Below the pieces are notes generated by a model. The model saw only the letters and a list, made by a program, of their open reading frames with translations. It was not told the DNA's origin and searched no databases. This document shows, piece by piece, positions 62,401-64,000 of a stretch of 64,000 nucleotides of DNA. Location: positions 3,708 through 67,707 of the forward strand of contig JAGVER010000003.1 in NCBI GenBank assembly GCA_020058085.1, read 5' to 3'. This stretch comes from Candidatus Omnitrophota bacterium (lineage in GTDB: Bacteria; Omnitrophota; Gorgyraeia; Gygaellales; Profunditerraquicolaceae). Position numbers and translations under genes: made by a program. Within the stretch, counting starts at the first letter, position 1, and each line of letters starts with the position of its first letter.

Positions 62401-64000
62401 TTAGGTCATTTTGGCGCGGGGATAACCGAGGGAACAGTGGATATTTATTATTCTCAGGATACTGGTGCCTCTTATCCCACATTGCTTAGCGCTGGAGTGA
62501 CGGCTGGGGCAGATGGTGATAATGGTTCCTGGGATTGGAATATTCCGGCTGATTTTACTCCTACTCCGGCTACTTTTATGTCGGAGGTAAAAGTAGCCCA
62601 ATCCACGGATACTTCGGTTTTTAATGACAGTAAAACTAATGCCAGTGATTTTGATATAAAGAGCGGGACCTTGATTGTCACCGCTCCCGGTAATGGAACA
62701 ACATGGAATATAGGTACATTACAGCATATCACTTGGGATTATACCGGTAACTACACTACTGTGAAGATATCTTTATCCAGAGATAATGGCGCTGATCAGT
62801 ATGATGAGGTCTTAGTTGCTTCGACTACCGCAAGTACTAAAGATTATTCCTGGCCAATAGTTATTCCTCCGTTAACCACCCAAGCTAAAATTAAAATAGA
62901 AAGTACGCAGTATCCGGATGTATTTGCCACGAGCACAGGTAATTTTATTATTGCTGGCGCGATAACCGTTACTGCTCCTTTGGTTACCGATATTTGGGAG
63001 ATTGGTACTGCGCAAAATATTACCTGGTCAACGACCGGAACTTTTTCTACGGTAAATATATATGTATCCCGCGATAGCGGAGGAAGTTGGGGGCTTCCGA
63101 TAGTCAGCGGATATAGCGCCGCGGGTACTTATCCCTGGACGGTTGCCGCGCCCGGAACTCAGGAGGCGCTGGTAGCTAAGGTTAAGGTAGAGAGCACGGA
63201 TTTTGCGCAGGAGACAATTTCCGGGACTAGCGCGCTTTTTAAAATTCGCGAAGCTATCCAAGTAACTGTTCCGAATAATACCGGAATTATCTGGCGAGTA
63301 GGAACGAGTCCAAATATTCAATGGAGTATTGCCGGTTCATTACCCGGTAATATGGTGGATATATATTATAAAAAGTTAGTCGGTGGTGCCTGGACATTGC
63401 TTGCTGGGTTCCCCGGTTCAGGTTATCAGGCGGATAACGGCGGCGGGGGAAATACTTACTCCTGGTTGATACCGAATGATATTCATGATGAAGTTTATAT
63501 TAAGGTGCAAGATCACAGCCGCGCCTATATCAATGATGTCAGCGATAACAGTTTTAAAATAAAAGGGTTAATTTCAGTTACTGAGCCGCATTTGAATGAA
63601 ATCGTTAAAGTTTCCGATACCGGCGAATCAAAAAATATCCAATGGAATCTTACCGGAAATATTACCGGCACCGCTGCGATAAGATTATCTAAAAACGGGG
63701 GTACTTCTTACGATACTCTTTTGACTTCGGGTGCTGTGAATATAACTTTAAACAATTATAACTGGACTGTGCTGGCTGCCCATTTAGGATTAGATGATAA
63801 AATAAAAGTAGCTTTGGATGGGGATGAGGATTTAGCTACCGGAACAGCGGGTGTTTCGCCCGGGTTTATTGTTAAATCACAATTAAAATTAACCTATCCT
63901 AATCAGAGCGGTATTACTAAGAACATCGGCGATACGATGACCATAACCTGGAATGCTATTCCTGATGATTTGGGCGGCGCAGGCCAGGTAAATATAAGAT
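59422..64000 (+). CDS. Giant secreted/surface protein, 5' part (>1526 codons, continues past window end): signal anchor, three related N-terminal modules, YVTN/NHL-like beta-propeller, at least 8 Ig-like ~90-aa repeats
   Basis: My own translation from ATG 59422 (MNKISSNFVKKLRKLHFVIALAVLGGFLFASTAEA...) is uninterrupted to position 64000. Propeller blades such as VWVANYYSNTVTRYNASTGALVG, VWVANYLSDNVTRIDASTGAVIE and KIWVTNSSSGSFMKFDADG are present, as is a repeated xTxPxxxxxWxxGxxxxITWxxxG...F.IKG module. The ORF is absent from the track only because it has no stop codon. Confidence 0.85.
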   Translation, partial: MNKISSNFVKKLRKLHFVIALAVLGGFLFASTAEAVQIKRVQTGEIYFDADDITQVAEISAVDQSKTIVLLYPKPDLNTGTNARQNILFSADFGSDTDLVLTRDGASYGVTVRYYLIEFADGVNVTRGISSFAAGSPTNTKYTTKNIALSPSLTDYNNAVAIVQTRSALTTSTSDEIATVRASIPDNNTLTLDRYATNDVLKSVNMVWQIAEFTKDVTVKQGTATIAVNSTSQTATINPAIGTLGKALLLFSCKANRSVNGIEGYEDIRGVITNATTLTFTRGYSSSTTLTDVAINWFVIELTDPLSTVQSAGALSVASAVEGIGITLGTAVDPTRSVPIFTVSGPASQSGSGYEDENRFSVERDSPRGVVYVSGTPGEVWVANYYSNTVTRYNASTGALVGSVITVGTGPIALCYSAVNPASVWVANYLSDNVTRIDASTGAVIETVALTAGAAPLGIAADATSSSVWTANSGMTSSSNVVTRIVVDTSSPYASVATNYNGYAGYPVAICYDPGSGGSSPYMWVGYQVSDRITRFLCTNPATSVNYDLGATNNFYNSIVYAPPGFGGYASPSLWITSARNNFISRATLNSSTHAYSSQTTFGTELNPKGVDLIGSGASGKIAFTNYGSNTMNIMNPNDGTTTAYATQSNPWGLSYDATNSKIWVTNSSSGSFMKFDADGSNPVAYLPNSILTNYYFARLNATTTGADTISWFVPEFCPFTLNNPNGADTWVIGSNVDITWKYADSLKTGGGGTGTVHRVKLELSTNGTNWYEIPGASSLDISNGYDSAVSNDGKFTWSNLPAAITGINNDIGTTLKVKISDIETGYTGFYDTSNNNFNIKGLLTVDTPPDTWKLGETKNITWSTKGKLNDSAFSPDNDMTIYLSTDGVTFNHTLTAVADPGTDGTSNNPWSWANIPSSIERNAPEQGTFDNTISSNNKIKIKSNYTAAGTVESIGNAFVLKGTISNVRVTNAGGTTMTSCLRGGAYKVKWSKLGHFGAGITEGTVDIYYSQDTGASYPTLLSAGVTAGADGDNGSWDWNIPADFTPTPATFMSEVKVAQSTDTSVFNDSKTNASDFDIKSGTLIVTAPGNGTTWNIGTLQHITWDYTGNYTTVKISLSRDNGADQYDEVLVASTTASTKDYSWPIVIPPLTTQAKIKIESTQYPDVFATSTGNFIIAGAITVTAPLVTDIWEIGTAQNITWSTTGTFSTVNIYVSRDSGGSWGLPIVSGYSAAGTYPWTVAAPGTQEALVAKVKVESTDFAQETISGTSALFKIREAIQVTVPNNTGIIWRVGTSPNIQWSIAGSLPGNMVDIYYKKLVGGAWTLLAGFPGSGYQADNGGGGNTYSWLIPNDIHDEVYIKVQDHSRAYINDVSDNSFKIKGLISVTEPHLNEIVKVSDTGESKNIQWNLTGNITGTAAIRLSKNGGTSYDTLLTSGAVNITLNNYNWTVLAAHLGLDDKIKVALDGDEDLATGTAGVSPGFIVKSQLKLTYPNQSGITKNIGDTMTITWNAIPDDLGGAGQVNIR

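Noticed and set aside
60003-63321. Five minus-strand ORFs (60003-60248, 61506-61772, 62401-62601, 62472-62732, 63028-63321) that are the only track entries in this region
   Set aside because: All lie antisense within the long uninterrupted + strand frame starting at 59422, which has clear domain repeats. The antisense ORFs are short, mutually overlapping and low-complexity.
1-64000. Alternative genetic code (for example TGA recoding, as in some uncultured lineages)
   Set aside because: Conserved genes end at their expected lengths on TGA (polA, murA, rnhB), TAA and TAG. No conserved protein is interrupted by in-frame stops.

Overview
AT-rich (by eye), tightly packed bacterial chromosomal window, with almost every gene on the + strand and standard genetic code (TGA, TAA and TAG all end well-conserved genes). 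No rRNA, tRNA, CRISPR array, transposase or integrase was recognised. Positions 1-42.1 kb are core housekeeping: ispG (3' fragment), a stand-alone CpaF-like ATPase, proS-rimP-nusA-infB, trpS, scpA, ruvB, the queuosine genes queH/queA/tgt, trmD-rplS-rnhB-yraN, a folate/C1 block (cyclodeaminase-like, folD, metF, a flavoprotein, an acetyl-CoA-synthase-like gene), polA, glgA, coaE, rho, rpmE, prfA-prmC, murA, trpGDCFBA, an M16 peptidase, a CNNM/CBS protein, rsfS, argS, recJ and rpmB (the only convincing minus-strand gene). Positions 42.1-45.5 kb are a loosely packed, repeat-punctuated accessory island: an XRE/antitoxin-like HTH gene, an FRG-domain protein and a HEPN-like (Rx4H) protein. This is my best candidate for an undescribed defence or abortive-infection module. 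It is followed by a UvrD-type helicase fused to a Cas4/AddB-like Cys4 PD-(D/E)xK nuclease. Positions 48.6-64 kb hold a histidine kinase, a receiver, a degenerate kinase and a MerR-like gene, then an ExeA-like ATPase + secretin + coiled-coil/TPR cluster, several small secreted proteins, a SurA-like/cyclophilin chaperone, and a giant surface-protein ORF (59422 to beyond the window end, more than 1500 codons). That ORF is missing from the supplied ORF track because it has no stop codon in the window. Several families of GC-rich palindromic repeats are scattered through the window. One is translated in frame inside infB. Two copies of another show compensatory stem changes. All functional calls come from motif recognition by eye and no database search was possible. 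Taxonomy cannot be established. The gene content would be compatible with an uncultured lineage such as Omnitrophota, but that is only an inference.
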